DNA of 59,536 nucleotides, the filler included, from Asterionella formosa (taxonomy: Eukaryota), in assembly GCA_002256025.1 (NCBI GenBank). It is 6 parts of 6 records of this genome, joined end to end, with 100 filler letters (N's around TTAATTAATTAA, not from the genome) between each part and the next. Parts side by side here need not be neighbours in the genome. Positions count along the whole stretch, not along the records: positions 1 to 9,862 come from NKIB01010141.1; positions 9,963 to 19,817 come from NKIB01010146.1; 4 more parts are not named here. One strand, 5' to 3'. The notes beneath the pieces are model-generated. The model was given only the letters and a program-made list of their open reading frames with translations, had not been told where the DNA came from and did no database searches. Both the position numbers and the translations under genes were made by a program. Shown piece by piece: positions 1-12,262 of the stretch. The stretch's first letter is position 1, and every line of letters starts with the position of its first letter.

Positions 1-201
1 AAAAACCCATAATTCTATTAAAACTCTTAGGAACGATTACAATCGATCACGGAGACATCGTTGTTATATCTACAGCCTATTTGGTCCCTGACGTGTCCTT
101 ACAGGATACAAGAAAGCATAGAGTGCTTCGGGACGCAATTTCAACAACCGGTAGTTTGCTTCACAATAAAATTCTGTTGAAGATCAATCGATATCGCCAT
201 C

Positions 202-588
202 ATGTCGAGACTGCGAAGCTTGACAAATATCCTGTGCCTGTTGGTAACCTTCTCGTCATCGGTGGCATTTTCTTCAGCTCCGTCGCTGCGCACAGTTTCG
301 CGTTTGTTCTTGTTGAAGCAGCGAAAGGATGAATCCTCGTCAGATTATTTTCTTCGACTGCAAGACGCGGCTCGAGACCCCAAAACGTTTGAAGAAATGA
401 GTCTGAGTGAAGATGTAGAGGAAGCTCCCAAACCAATTCGAAAGGGATACCAACGTATTGAAGACTGGGATGCCGAAACAAAGCAAAGCAGTGCTTGGGA
501 AGAAAAAGTGCAGTTTGACGGGCAAAGGCATGGAAATCGATTCGCTCAGAATAATATTCTACTAAAGCATTTGAACAATGGTTGGTAG
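202..588 (+). CDS. Hypothetical protein, probably plastid-targeted (bipartite presequence)
   Basis: 128-aa ATG ORF. The hydrophobic signal peptide ends SSVA|F, resembling the diatom ASAFAP motif, and is followed by a Ser/Arg-rich transit-like segment. Confidence 0.7.
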   Translation: MSRLRSLTNILCLLVTFSSSVAFSSAPSLRTVSRLFLLKQRKDESSSDYFLRLQDAARDPKTFEEMSLSEDVEEAPKPIRKGYQRIEDWDAETKQSSAWEEKVQFDGQRHGNRFAQNNILLKHLNNGW

Positions 589-830
589 ACACAGCACAAA
601 GCCCTACAGCTGGTAACACGGAAGAGAATGAGAGTTGAATACAATGCTGGATCCAAGCTGAGTTAAATTCAAGTAAATGGAGACAAATGGCAATGCAATT
701 TTGACATGGTAAAACACTAATTATTGTAAACATCATGACGATTGAGCGAATAATAATATGAAAGCATACGAAATGCTGCAATGGTTCCCAATACCGCCAT
801 TATTCTCAGTTGCTCATTTTGCATTAATTG

Positions 831-1592
831 CTACGACTCAACTGTAGTCATCTGTGGAGGCTTGTAACGCCCCCCTTCAACGTCCCCGCGTGCAGCGGCT
901 TGTTGCTGAACAGGATGCTCCGCGATTGGCTCATGTTGGGCCGATTTTCGATTTTCGAATACTTTTCGCTTGATATTGTACGCCCCCACAACGAAAATGC
1001 AAACCGCAATGAAAATGGCAATGGGTCGGATAAAAATGGCCAATGTAATTGTTATGACGCACCAGCTCGCTTCAACAACTGCCAAACAATTGGTTAACCA
1101 GCCTTGCCCGATCAATCGTACCACCATTTTCACCATATGCATACTCAGGGCCAAGCCAATACCAATAATAACTATCATGACTTGGAAAAAGATAAGCAAA
1201 CCTGACGTTCCAACCATCAACTTTCGTTCTCCTCCACTACCATCATCATTCGCTTGAATTGATTCAAAGTCGGGCATTGTGAAGAGTCCAAAGGTACTCA
1301 ATGATCCCAGAACACTCATGACAGGAATTACAAAGGTCATGATCATGTCCATGATTTCATCGACAACCGGTACACACTTGCTCACAAGCTCTAGAATTGT
1401 ACCGCTCCCGAGAAGAAAAATCCCCGGCCAACTCGCCACGATGGCTTCGACCAATCCGCTCATATTGAGCAGATTTGGATTACATCGCTCAATAACGCCC
1501 ACTAGAAAAAGAGAAAGAAATGGAGAAACGCCAGTGTTCCCACCGACCACAAAGGATACGGCAGTTGCCGTGAGCCCGTTGAAAAATCCCAT
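831..1592 (-). CDS. DUF4126-like multi-pass membrane protein
   Basis: 253-aa ATG ORF with several TM helices. The motifs G.SPFL.LFLVG and LELVSKCVPVVDEIMD resemble DUF4126 (E..ADK.P.VD..WD). Confidence 0.7.
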   Translation of the reverse strand: MGFFNGLTATAVSFVVGGNTGVSPFLSLFLVGVIERCNPNLLNMSGLVEAIVASWPGIFLLGSGTILELVSKCVPVVDEIMDMIMTFVIPVMSVLGSLSTFGLFTMPDFESIQANDDGSGGERKLMVGTSGLLIFFQVMIVIIGIGLALSMHMVKMVVRLIGQGWLTNCLAVVEASWCVITITLAIFIRPIAIFIAVCIFVVGAYNIKRKVFENRKSAQHEPIAEHPVQQQAAARGDVEGGRYKPPQMTTVES

Positions 1593-2906
1593 GAGGAATG
1601 TTTGATTGGGTTTATGACAAGATCTTGAGGATCAAGGCCCTTGCGAAAATCCCATAAAAATCTTCGTTGCAATACCTTTGCTGCTTACAAGCTGATCACG
1701 GCATCCGATCAGCCGAATAAGGGACCGTTGCTTTAGCTCACACATAGACCACCTGTTTCGTCCAACACATACGACTACGTACGCCCAAGGGGGCAACTAT
1801 TTTCATGCTTTCAGTCTTGTAAGGCTGGGAATCGAAGCCGATTCATATCCCGGCATCATTAATAAAACCGTATACCCAGTACCAGGTACCAACTACCGGT
1901 ATTTGCTGATTCTTGGCCTGGGTCGCTGTACGAGCGCTCGCTCATGATTACGAGAGAAGCAACAAGCAATAATCACATCGCTCTGCAGATGAGGCGGCCG
2001 GCTGATGGAAAAATTTTGGAACTCCGGGTGCCTTGTATACCTGGTTGTTTCGTTGCCGGGTTTGAACACCTTTCTTTTTTAGCAGTATGATCTTACGTAT
2101 GACCATACATTTCATCAGGATCATCAATCCTTGTCATTCTATTGATTATTAATAGCCCTGTAATACATGATTGAATATGTTGACAAAAATCAAAATCAGA
2201 TCACTGAAACTCTTCACTGTGTCCGACATTTGTAGTACTAGACGAAATTCCGAAAAGTCTGTGTGACTTCTCATCATTCCAGCAATGAGATTCATCATTG
2301 TTCTAAAGATTTGATTTATCACATTATAATAGTGCCTTGCCTCTGTAATATTACAGCAAGCTAAGGACTAGTTATTTCTGTACTACATAGACCTATTTTG
2401 GTATGTTGTACTAGCTTTCCTAGTATGGTGCGTGAATTCTGGTAGTATACCTGCCTCGTTCCAGTCTTGGAATATTATGTGGCCCTTGATTTGTTGGCCT
2501 TGAATTGTTGGGTATTTACGGTCAAGGTTCAGCATTACCCAGGTTTTATTGAGAATATCCAGAACAAGGTCCACAGCATGAGGAAATAATGTGTCCTTTT
2601 CTACCTACAACAAAGCTGGGAACAATCATGGAATGCTTCAGATCTAATTTTTTAGATTATTTCAGACATACCTACAAAAGCTCCCTCTCGATAGCCGTCC
2701 AAAATAGTGATGAAAACCAATAAAAGAAACAGCCATATAGTATAATCACAAAAGTATTTCAAATGACAAACTCTCTAGACACACATATTGGTTGCCGACA
2801 CAAAGAGCTTAGCCAGCTGTTGGGTTGCATAGTGTTTTGTTTTGCTACATGAAGGTTGGGATAATGGAGGTTGTTGGAGAGCAGACAGAATTGAATGTTC
2901 AGTAGT

Positions 2907-3981
2907 TTAGCAGCAATTCTTTCTTGGCTGAGCTGAGGCTCCATTCTTGAGGTTCAGTCCTTGTTTTCCAGCAGAAGGTCCTCCCTGTCCATCCGCAATA
3001 AGTCTGTCCTTGACAGAACGAGCGATGGCATAGAAACCGTCTCCTACGTTGATATCATTCTTGGCAGAGCACTCGAAGAACTCAATACCAAACTCCTTGG
3101 CGAGTTTCTGTGCCTCTTCTGTACTCACAACCTTCTCGTCCAACATATCACACTTGTTTCCGACAAGAATCTTATTGACATGAACATCAGCATGTTGCTG
3201 GATTTGAGAGATCCAGTTGCGAATAGATTCGAACGAACGGCGATCTGTGACATCGTACACGAGGAGGATTCCCTGGGCACCGCGGAAGTACGAGGTGGTA
3301 ATGGTACGGAAGCGCTCCTGACCAGCCGTGTCCCAAATTTGGAGCTTGATGCGAGTGCCATCAATATCGACGTTCTTGATCTTGAAATCGATTCCAATCG
3401 TAGTCTATAAAAATTCAAAAGAGGGAGAGTAAAGTGTGTGAGAACGCAATGAAGTGGAGTAATAGAGAGTCACACGCCACGAAGAAAACATCTCTGAACC
3501 AACTCCACAACCAATTAGTAAGTCATTCGCGACTAACTTGTTCCCTAAGAAGTAACATCTGCCCCTTCTGAGGGCTAATAACTTTGAATATAGCAGCAGA
3601 ATCAACAGCAAAAAATGTAGAAGAAACAGTTCGTCCCAAGACTATTCTGCGGCGCGGTCTAAGTGGTCATAGCTGCATCAAAAATTGTGTATGCAATGTT
3701 AAACTCTCCACGGCGCTTCGTCCCTCGCTGGAATGTTGACAACAACAAACTTACAATGACTGTAATCGATAAAAGAAGAGGAAAGGTGAGCAAAAAGGGC
3801 GCCACGAACGAATAATCAAAAACTGAATCAAAGCAGCAGCGGTTTCACCCTCGTTCTACTCACACGTAGGACTGAAACTATCATTCGCATAACGAAGAAG
3901 CAAGCAAGTCTTTCCGACTCCGGAATCTCCAATCATTAGCAGCTTGATCTGCATATCGTAGGGTGCGCCTCCTGATGCCAT
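2907..3981 (-). CDS. RAB8: Rab8/Sec4-family small GTPase, 3 exons (3981-3864, 3759-3755, 3404-2907), 206 aa
   Basis: Spliced translation [49 protein letters not shown]...WDTAGQERF...GNKCD...ECSAK...KNCC. Both introns are GT-AG, exon lengths sum to 621 nt, and the protein ends in a CC prenylation motif. Confidence 0.95.
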
Positions 3982-4833
3982 TGTAGAAGGATGATAACAA
4001 GAGAGAGGGGAAATGGAAGTGTGATGAATACGACGGGTGGGTCACCGAGTTCAGATTCTACAGTGATTTATCCCTATATGCAATACCAGTACATAGATTG
4101 TGCCGTTTGTGGTGCGATAAATGCCGCTACAGGCAGGAGCAGAACAAACCAACTCCTGTCCTGTAGAATTCCACACCAATTTATTCATCCATGCCTCGTC
4201 TATTTCTCGCAGCAGTCGCATTTCGAATACGAATGCACTACCCGTATGCAGCAGGCCCAACAATGATTATCCTCAACCCTCAACGGAACAGCCAACGGTT
4301 AGTCATTTCTGATAAGGCAGAGCGAATCATGGCATTTGCACGACCAGTACCAGTAGGTCTATGGTGGTACAATGTGGTGCAGCGACAATATGACGTCAGC
4401 AAGGAGTGCCTTAGTTACAAATTCATTACCGGTAGTGACCTATTTAACGGTATATGATACAAAATGTTCTTTGCAATATTTTATCAGTACAGGTATGTCA
4501 TCAACGGACCATAAGATGTATGCACCAGGTAGGCTACTGCCGTTGGCCAGTAAAAGATACATCTCTTAAATGAGTCTGATCGTGAACCTATGTAGCAAAC
4601 ATCATTACGGTAGTGGAGCAGTAGCACGGATTTCATACAAGGGTAGTCTGATGGTGCAAAAATTGGTTTCTCTAAGTAACAGTGGTGCAATCGGTGTTGC
4701 AATCGTCGTGCAAATGCGAATGGACAGTTTAATTAACAAATAGTTTTCTCATTTTTTCAACCCTGTTTGGGAAAAGTCCCGGTGTACATATCTACAAGCA
4801 CCCCGGAAGTTCAGACGCAAGTACGGTACTGTA

Positions 4834-5558
4834 CCAGCAAGCTGCGGTAATTTTGCCGAAATGGACAACGTGATGCAGGACAGGCTAATAGAGAACGTCA
4901 TCAAGTCTCTCTTCGCAATATCACGCCTTGTTAGTGACGTAAATTATTATTTCGTCTAAACACAGAAACGTCAAAACGAGGCAAAAATGACAATGTTAGT
5001 CGCAATAGAGGCGACCCGAAGCAAAACTACTGGTACTAGCGGTGAGCAAAGTAAACAAATGTCAACATACGTAAAGAAGTCAATATGATGTGTATAGTAC
5101 ACATGTATACATAATATGAGTACGTCCCGGTACTATACATACACACCAGTAGTTTATAATAGGTATCTCGGGTTGTTGCTATGATGATGCTGGCAGTTAT
5201 GAATTTCCAATCCCAACGACTTTTAAAACCATTGACGAAGATAGGTTATTTTCATCACTTCGTCCAGAAAAGGAAAACGATTTTGAGTTTGGAGATAATG
5301 AAGCAAAGTAAACTAGACTTGCTTACTTTTGCTTGGGGCTGCCCCTCTATTGCCCTGGTCATAGCTGTGTTTTCTTGACGTTTCCTTGTTTTGAAGAAAA
5401 AAGTAGCAAAAAACCTAGTACATCACTAAGTGGTGATCACCCTGCATACAGATGATTCAAAAGAGTGAATTGATGACATTTTCTACGTAATCAAACGCAT
5501 GCCTGCACGGTGTCACCACGTCATCAATTTCAGCTAAATGTCCACCGCAACTTGCAGG
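4834..5558. mobile_element. Degenerate non-autonomous TIR element (MITE family A, long form)
   Basis: Left end TA|CCAGCAAGCTGCGGTAATTTTGCCGAAATGGAC; imperfect inverted copy ...ACCGCAACTTGCAGG ends at 5558. Confidence 0.5.
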
Positions 5559-5645
5559 TTTGGAGTGCCAGTATATTACCCTGTCATGTTGGATTAAAAT
5601 TAGGAAAATTTTGGTTGAAACGACCTCAATAATTTCCTTTGAGTA

Positions 5646-5796
5646 GAGGTCAAATAAATGCATCCAAGTACTAGCTTGTTGAATCATTTGAACTATCGAG
5701 GTCAATTAAATGCATGCAAGTACTAGCTTGTTGAATCATTTGAACTATCGAGTCAATTAAATGCATGCAAGTACAAGCTTGTTGAATCATTTGAAC
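5646..5796. repeat. Tandem repeat, about 52 bp x 3
   Basis: The unit GAGGTCAATTAAATGCATGCAAGTACTAGCTTGTTGAATCATTTGAACTATC occurs three times. Confidence 0.9.
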
Positions 5797-7165
5797 AATT
5801 ATTCTAAGCTTATTTTGTTACGATGTCGAACTTTTTAAAACGTTCATCCTTTTGCATTTTAGTGATCTTACGCCATTAATATACATTCCCTCTTGTATCT
5901 ATATATATAATTGTAAACAGCTAGAAAATCTTACCTCGTTTCCATATTTTCTACAATTTCTTGTGTCAACTGACATCGATTTCTTGTGCAAACACAAAAA
6001 ATCACTCCTCCAACACGACAGCTTTGTCCTTGTCATCCTTTTCAACTGAGGCTACTGGACGCGGTATAGCTCCAGCAACTGGGACAGGTGTATTGCCAAG
6101 TCCCATTGTTTCAACATACCTGGTAAGTATTAGTTTTTGTTTGCTAGCTAGTAATGGCACATCGCCAAATCATTTGTACCACGACAACATTGCTTTCGTT
6201 TGAACCACTATCCATTTGCTTTGTGGCTCCTGTTTGTTGAGCAATCTGATTGCTTGCACCGTGTTCCAAGTTGTTGCATAATCGATAAGTTTGTTCTTCG
6301 CTTTTTCACCCTCCTCCCCAACATCTCATTTTTGGTTCCCAGTCATATTGTTTAGTGCTTCTGTTCCAAGTTTAACCAGGTGCTTGTTTCTCGTCATGAA
6401 GCCATGATGCCAGTATACAGTTCCTAGTGCACACCAAGAAGTTATCAGGTCAGATAATATTGTTCTCATTGTTTCCCAGACTCAATCAAGTATTTTGAAT
6501 GTGTTAAATTCTTCTGCAGTCTGACTGCAATACTAGCTCTTTCTAGACAAGCTCAGTGTATTAAAACGTTCAGTTCTAATCCCTCCTTATTGTGAGTTTA
6601 TTCGATCTACCTTGTAATCATTCATACAATCAGCAATTGTTAAGGCTCTCTTTTCAAATTTGTGTATAGATATTCATTGTTGAGTTAGAAATTCAACTCT
6701 GAATGGCCAACTCAACTCCATTTACTTAATAGAACAATCGTGAATATTCAATGCTTTTTCATGATAATTCAATGCTATCTGCATTGCATGTATACCTATA
6801 TATCCTTCAGTGAAATATTGATTACTTGGAACATTAATCATTTGAATATTTACGTTGGTTTGCTGAAATAGTTGTTCAAATTCGCACAGCATTTCCATAT
6901 AGGATTCTGCTGGCTGGAATATTATTCAAGATTGATTAGTTCAACTGAACTAATATGCATGCAATAACTTGACATGAATGGACCATGTGATGCCAAAGTG
7001 CCATTCACACTTGATTTTTTATGGATAGCTGCACCAATATCTCTCTATTTTAACCATTTGGATAACATAGTATATTACATCTGGGAACATACAATCGATT
7101 CAACAAATCTCTAAAGAAAAAAATAAAAATGCTGCCTACTGTGAATCTATCAGAAATGCAATCCA

Positions 7166-8635
7166 TTACGTTTCATCCCTGCATTTCTCATCTTTGGGCA
7201 GCCATATGCAAATTGGAGGAGAGTCGTTCCATGCTGAACCCTCGTGAGATGATGCACCAAATGAATGTGCCTTTTCTTGCTGTGATAGCTTGTCCCGACA
7301 ATTAGTCCGTCTCAGTTTTTCATGTATACTGACAACAGGCAACCACTTTTGCATGGGTGGTGGATCAGTCTCATCGCCCATTGCAGAATACAAATCCAAA
7401 GTCGTCCCTCCTTGCTCTTGAAAGGAAAGAAACCACTTTTTCGTTTCATCATCCATTATGATTGTGTGCAACATGAACTCCCCAGCAAGATACCCCGGCA
7501 AAGTGCCCTTGCGAGAATATTGTGGGTGCTGCCAATACCGAGGATGTACATCTGATGTGTATATTCCATTGAGTTCCCTCAAGCCCGCCCCTTGCACCAT
7601 GACGTTCCCATGAATACTCTCGTTCAGGGTTCGCTTTTGAGAAAACACCATACCCTTGCGTTCTGCCTGCAGCGCTTGAGTCCGGTAGGCAGCTAACAAG
7701 GCCTCCGTCGACACCAATTGACTTTCAGCCACGATTGTGGCAAGATCTGACGGGGCAACTTTGCCAAAGTCAATCTTGGTGGCCAGACGCTGGGCTGCCG
7801 AAAGGCGGTCCCCGCCCCGTTCGGCCCACCGTTTGAGACAACGAAAGAGTACTAATTCATTTGCCTGTATTTGATGGTCGACCATGACACGTTCCATGGC
7901 AGTGTCTCCGAGGGATTGTACTCCTAGGCCGTACGTGTCCGGAGGCAGGAGCGCCGACTCGGTGCGTAAGCGAATTATCCCCAGTGCGACTCTGGACAGT
8001 TCTTCCGTGTGGCAATTTTGTCCAGATACGCTCTCGTCTAGTACAGCGCAAGCAAGGGCTGGGTATTCGTCCATCATCAAGCACGTCAATCGGTAGGACC
8101 GTTGCATCAGACCTCCCAACTCAAAGTAATTTCCAGCTGCCACCAATCCTACCATGCTCCTGGCAGTCTCTTCAAAGGACAAGTTTTCAAACGTAGTTTT
8201 GATTTCATCTGTATAACAATATTCCACAACGGCCTTGAGCACTAAACTTGAGTATCCGAGAGGAACCTCGAATAGTCCAGACTCCTTGAACCTCCCAAAG
8301 AATAGTTTCTTGAAGAACCGAGATCGCATGGCCAGGATCGATCGAATTGCCACAACCCGCTTGCCGTCCGTACCAAGGAGTGCCACATCGGATATTTCAT
8401 CATCGTTCAAATGGGCATGCAAGTCTGCCACGAGAGAGGAGTTCGTCAAATGAGATGATTCGTCTGTGGCGCTGGTTTCATGAAAATCGTCGTTGTCGTC
8501 CTCGTCGTCGTCATCGCATAATGCTGCTTCCACATGAACTACAGTAGGAATCACATGGTGATTGGCAGCAGCAGCTCGTATTTGAGCCAAGGAACTTGTT
8601 GCGCTAGTGGATGAGGAAGAGGAAAGCGACGACAT
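7166..8635 (-). CDS. BTB/POZ (+BACK-like) domain protein
   Basis: SDVALLGTDGKRVVAIRSILAMRSRFFKKLFFGRFKES...VVEYCYTD is a BTB core, followed by BACK-like ELVLFRCLKRW...IDF and a C-terminal VQGAG...NGIY module. First ATG at 8635. Confidence 0.9.
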   Translation of the reverse strand: MSSLSSSSSTSATSSLAQIRAAAANHHVIPTVVHVEAALCDDDDEDDNDDFHETSATDESSHLTNSSLVADLHAHLNDDEISDVALLGTDGKRVVAIRSILAMRSRFFKKLFFGRFKESGLFEVPLGYSSLVLKAVVEYCYTDEIKTTFENLSFEETARSMVGLVAAGNYFELGGLMQRSYRLTCLMMDEYPALACAVLDESVSGQNCHTEELSRVALGIIRLRTESALLPPDTYGLGVQSLGDTAMERVMVDHQIQANELVLFRCLKRWAERGGDRLSAAQRLATKIDFGKVAPSDLATIVAESQLVSTEALLAAYRTQALQAERKGMVFSQKRTLNESIHGNVMVQGAGLRELNGIYTSDVHPRYWQHPQYSRKGTLPGYLAGEFMLHTIIMDDETKKWFLSFQEQGGTTLDLYSAMGDETDPPPMQKWLPVVSIHEKLRRTNCRDKLSQQEKAHSFGASSHEGSAWNDSPPICIWLPKDEKCRDET

Positions 8636-9623
8636 GATGGTTGTCAAGTCAAGAGTCACAGAGCCAAATTATGCGATGGAAGGAATAGGAACAGAAGCAA
8701 AATGAAGAAATGAATACAATATACCGAAGATGTTTAGTACAGATAAAACAGGATAAAATAATTATTTGCTAATCCTGTAAAAGCAGCACTCGCTTTCTAT
8801 GCAGACGGTTTGTTTAAATTTTCCAGATGGGCTCCATCAAGGTTGCGGCCCTCGGCTTAACCCTATTTTGGAGAAAACGTCGCTAGGGTTGCAAAAATGG
8901 CATGGAACAGGGAGTTTGCTGCTATGAGTTCCCGTGATTCGAGTGTCCATTTGAATATTTGAATTAAATAGGAGTCGGCGCCAGATAGACAGAGTTCCAT
9001 TTTAACAAACAAAAATGATATTTAAACGTTTTTGCTATATCAACATAATTTTGTTCCACGCCATAACACAGATATAAACCAGGAGTATGCCTAAATGTAT
9101 ATCGGTACTCATGATAGTTTTAATCCGTTTATACAGGAGTAACGATGTACCAGGGTACCTGGTACCAGTAGTACATAATCTTGGTTAAGGACGATGGATG
9201 ATGAAACTACCGGTAGTACTTATTTTAACTATAAGGTACCGGGAACGTAGTCGTAAAAAATTAAACTCCCAGTTAAACCCGTAGTGGAAGCTAGCGCTAG
9301 AAGTTAACTACGGTACCTGGTACCAGTAGTACCGTGCACAAGCTAGCAACAATGATCATACGGTACCTGGTACAGTTGCTGCTTGCTTCATCGTGTATTT
9401 TCCTTCTGCATAATAATATGCATATAGCTTATGGGGGTAATCCTGCCGGACACCGGTATACCAGGTACCCTGGTACATACCAGGTACCAGGTACCGGGAA
9501 TACGACTCTATCGCATTTTATGGGTATTTCCATTCTAAACTGTCAACATGCCGGAAATGAAATGAACACAAGCAATGAATGTAGCTAATGTAAAAAATCA
9601 TGCATGCTAGTAAATGTAATTAT

Positions 9624-9862
9624 TTAAATGCGAAGCTGTGGATGACTAGCACCAGTGCAACGATCTCGCATCATTTGATTGACAATCTGTGTTACTGTTT
9701 TATCTTGACCATAGACCTCATATATTTTGTCAATTGCAGTATGAGCAGTGAATCCAGCTCGAACTAAGGCAGCCACAGTATCCCACACAACCTGGCGCCG
9801 ACAATACTGTACCTTGACTCTTCCCCTCTCAACCCTTGTAAATAGTCTAGCTGCCTTTCGTC
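9624..9862 (-). mobile_element. 3' end of a Crypton-like (tyrosine-recombinase DNA transposon) ORF, GCR1_C-like C-terminus, cut by the contig edge
   Basis: Open frame absent from the ORF track: RKAARLFTRVERGRVKVQYCRRQVVWDTVAALVRAGFTAHTAIDKIYEVYGQDKTVTQIVNQMMRDRCTGASHPQLRI*. It resembles the C-termini of stramenopile Cryptons. Confidence 0.6.
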
Positions 9863-9962
9863 NNNNNNNNNNNNNNNNNNNNNNNNNNNNNNNNNNNNNN
9901 NNNNNNTTAATTAATTAANNNNNNNNNNNNNNNNNNNNNNNNNNNNNNNNNNNNNNNNNNNN
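9863..9962. other. Artificial contig linker
   Basis: N44-TTAATTAATTAA-N44, with stop codons in all six frames. Confidence 0.98.
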
Positions 9963-10992
9963 AGCATCCATTATCGAGTCCATTCTGGACTTTGTTCAAC
10001 AGCAAGCATGATGATGCTCTGATTACCTTGTGTGGGTTTGACCATGCTTCTTTCGAGCTCCTACACCAGCTGTTCAAACCTTGTTTTTATTCCTTCACTC
10101 CCTGTAGGAAAAATACGGATTTCATTGTTAGAAATTCAACAACAAAGAAAGGTCGGCAAAGATACCTCTGTTCCATCAGTTGTCTAGCGCTTGGGTTAGC
10201 ATGGACCAGGACTCGTGGTTCCTATATGATTCTTCAGATTATTTTCGGATTAACTCATGGTTCTTTGAGTGTTTGGTTGAGGTTTTCAAGGCGAATGATT
10301 GTAAAAGTACTGCTGACACATGAAGATGCCGTTGTGAGACTGCCTACTGCAGACGAAGCCACCTTGTTTGCAACCATGATCAATCAGAAATACCCATTTA
10401 TAACAAATTGTTGGGGAGCAATGGATGGTCTGAAACTGACCCTGCAACGGGCTGGAAATGAAACACAGCAGAACAACTTCTACAATGGATGGACGCATGA
10501 ACACTATGTGACAAACTTGTTTCTTTTTTCGCCTGATGGGAAAATTCGCTGCTCATATTTCAATGCACCTGGTGTTCTACATGACTCCACCATGGCAATT
10601 TGGTAATCGATCTATGATCAGAGTGAAACAGTTTACAGGGATACAGGCAAAAAAGTAGTTGTGGATTCAGCATTTGCATCTAAGAAATCAAATGCAATGT
10701 TGAAATCGCATCAAAACAATGTTGATGCAAATTGTAATCGTCGACAAAGATTTGGTATGAATCGCCAAGCCACCTCCATCCGACAGTTGTCGGAATGGGG
10801 AATGCGATGCCTTCAGGGATCATTTCCGAGAATCAAAGACAAATTTCGTTATGAAGAAAAAGGTATGAGAAATTAATTCTCCAAATGATTGTATTGCTCT
10901 ACAACTTTCGTGCCAGCAAAGTTGGTCAGAACCAAATTGCTTCAGTGTATATGCCCTATTTGCATAAGAATGCAAATAGATATGCCATGTAA
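9963..10992 (+). pseudogene. PIF/Harbinger DDE transposase (DDE_Tnp_4/HARBI1-like), disrupted and 5'-truncated
   Basis: Catalytic-type motifs CWGAMDG, YNGW...H, PG..HDS, VVDSAF and RQLSEWGMR. In-frame TAA at 10604-10606, a frameshift near 10870, then a LLYNFRASKVGQNQI tail. Confidence 0.88.
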
Positions 10993-11066
10993 TTCAAAGA
11001 AATTATTCCTTCATGATTATTTAGCACCACTTCTTTCACATTGTATTAGAATGAATTAATTTAAGG

Positions 11067-12262
11067 TTATTCATCATCACTACTACTGCTACCACTGTTG
11101 TTTTTCGGTCTTTGACATTGAGTTGAGGCAAATAAAGTTTGTTGTGCATTGGCACCTGCTGTCGAGGTTAGATTTTGGCTTTGCATTGTTTGCTGCATTG
11201 AAATCATGTTTGAAGCAATAATTGAATTCATAATTGCCTGAGTGGGATTGGCACTGTCAGTGGAGGTGGTTGTTTGAGATACCCCATGCTGATTCGACAA
11301 TGATGCCATGATTGACATCATTATCATGTTCATCATGTTCTGTTGATGCAGTTGATGCTGCTATTGTTGCTGCTGCTGCAGGTTATCAGTATCAGTTCGA
11401 GTAGCCTTGTGCAGCAACTGTGTCGAAAGAAGAGAAAGCACTTTTTTAACAGGCCCATTATTGTTTGACACTGCCTTATCTCTAAATCGAGGGGACACCA
11501 TAGGTCAAGGAAATCTTGAACCAGAAAAATTAGCATAACCGGCAGATGTTGCTCCACCATTGTCTTCACTCTCCCCAGAAATCGCAATAAAATGGGCTCT
11601 CTCTCTATTCCAAGATCAGTGGATTCAATCTCAGCACTTGCATCTGCTCGTTGCTTGATTCTTCGAAAAATTTGTTTGGCATATCTCACCTCAGCAGGGC
11701 ATGTTGGGTCCCCAGTTGGTTTCTTAACTTTGTGCAGTTGTGAAAACTTTCGGTGAAGTGAAGGTCCTGTCTGTTCTTTGTCTGGGAAATTCTCGTTGTG
11801 CTATGATGCAACAACTTCCCATTCATGGGACCCAATTGGCTGGTGCGTAGAAATGGTTTCCAGCAATGAGAGAATCTCATTGATCCTGAACTTTTGACCC
11901 CGACTCTGCATGCTTCGGCGAGCTCTTGTAAACGTTGGTGCTCGCCTGGCAGTTGCCGTTCTTGCAACTGAACTAGTAGGAGCACGTGAAAAATCGTTGT
12001 TGTTCCTTGATGGGGACTGAGTAACTCCAGAAACACCAATCTGAGAAACACCTGGGACACCCATCCTACTGTCCTCATTGTCACTGGCAAACTCATCAGC
12101 ACCAGTGTCATCTTCATTCTCGTCGTCGTCCTCCTCCTCTTCTTCTGGTTGAGTCTGTTCTTGTTGTTCTTGTTGCTGGTGACGGCGACGTTCAAGCAGC
12201 CTTGGAGAGGAAGGGAAGCCCTCCCTGGCTGCTCTCCTTTGACCAGAAGAAGATGAAGACAT
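11067..12262 (-). pseudogene. Second Harbinger ORF: DUF6818-like (Myb/SANT-type) DNA-binding protein, disrupted
   Basis: Reading through the TAG at 11801-11803 gives PIGSHEWEVVAS*HNENF...LHRKFSQLHKVKKPTGDPTCPAEVRYAKQI. Acidic N-terminus; Met/Gln-rich C-terminus after a frameshift. Confidence 0.7.

Noticed and set aside
200..781. 193-aa minus-strand ORF
   Set aside because: It has a non-ATG start and overlaps the more gene-like plus-strand ORF at 202-588.
5960..7000. Possible decayed minus-strand gene
   Set aside because: The frames I read are interrupted and contain no recognisable motif.
9907..9918. TTAATTAATTAA recurring about every 10 kb as a biological periodic motif
   Set aside because: It always sits inside N44 pads, so it is an artificial six-frame-stop linker.
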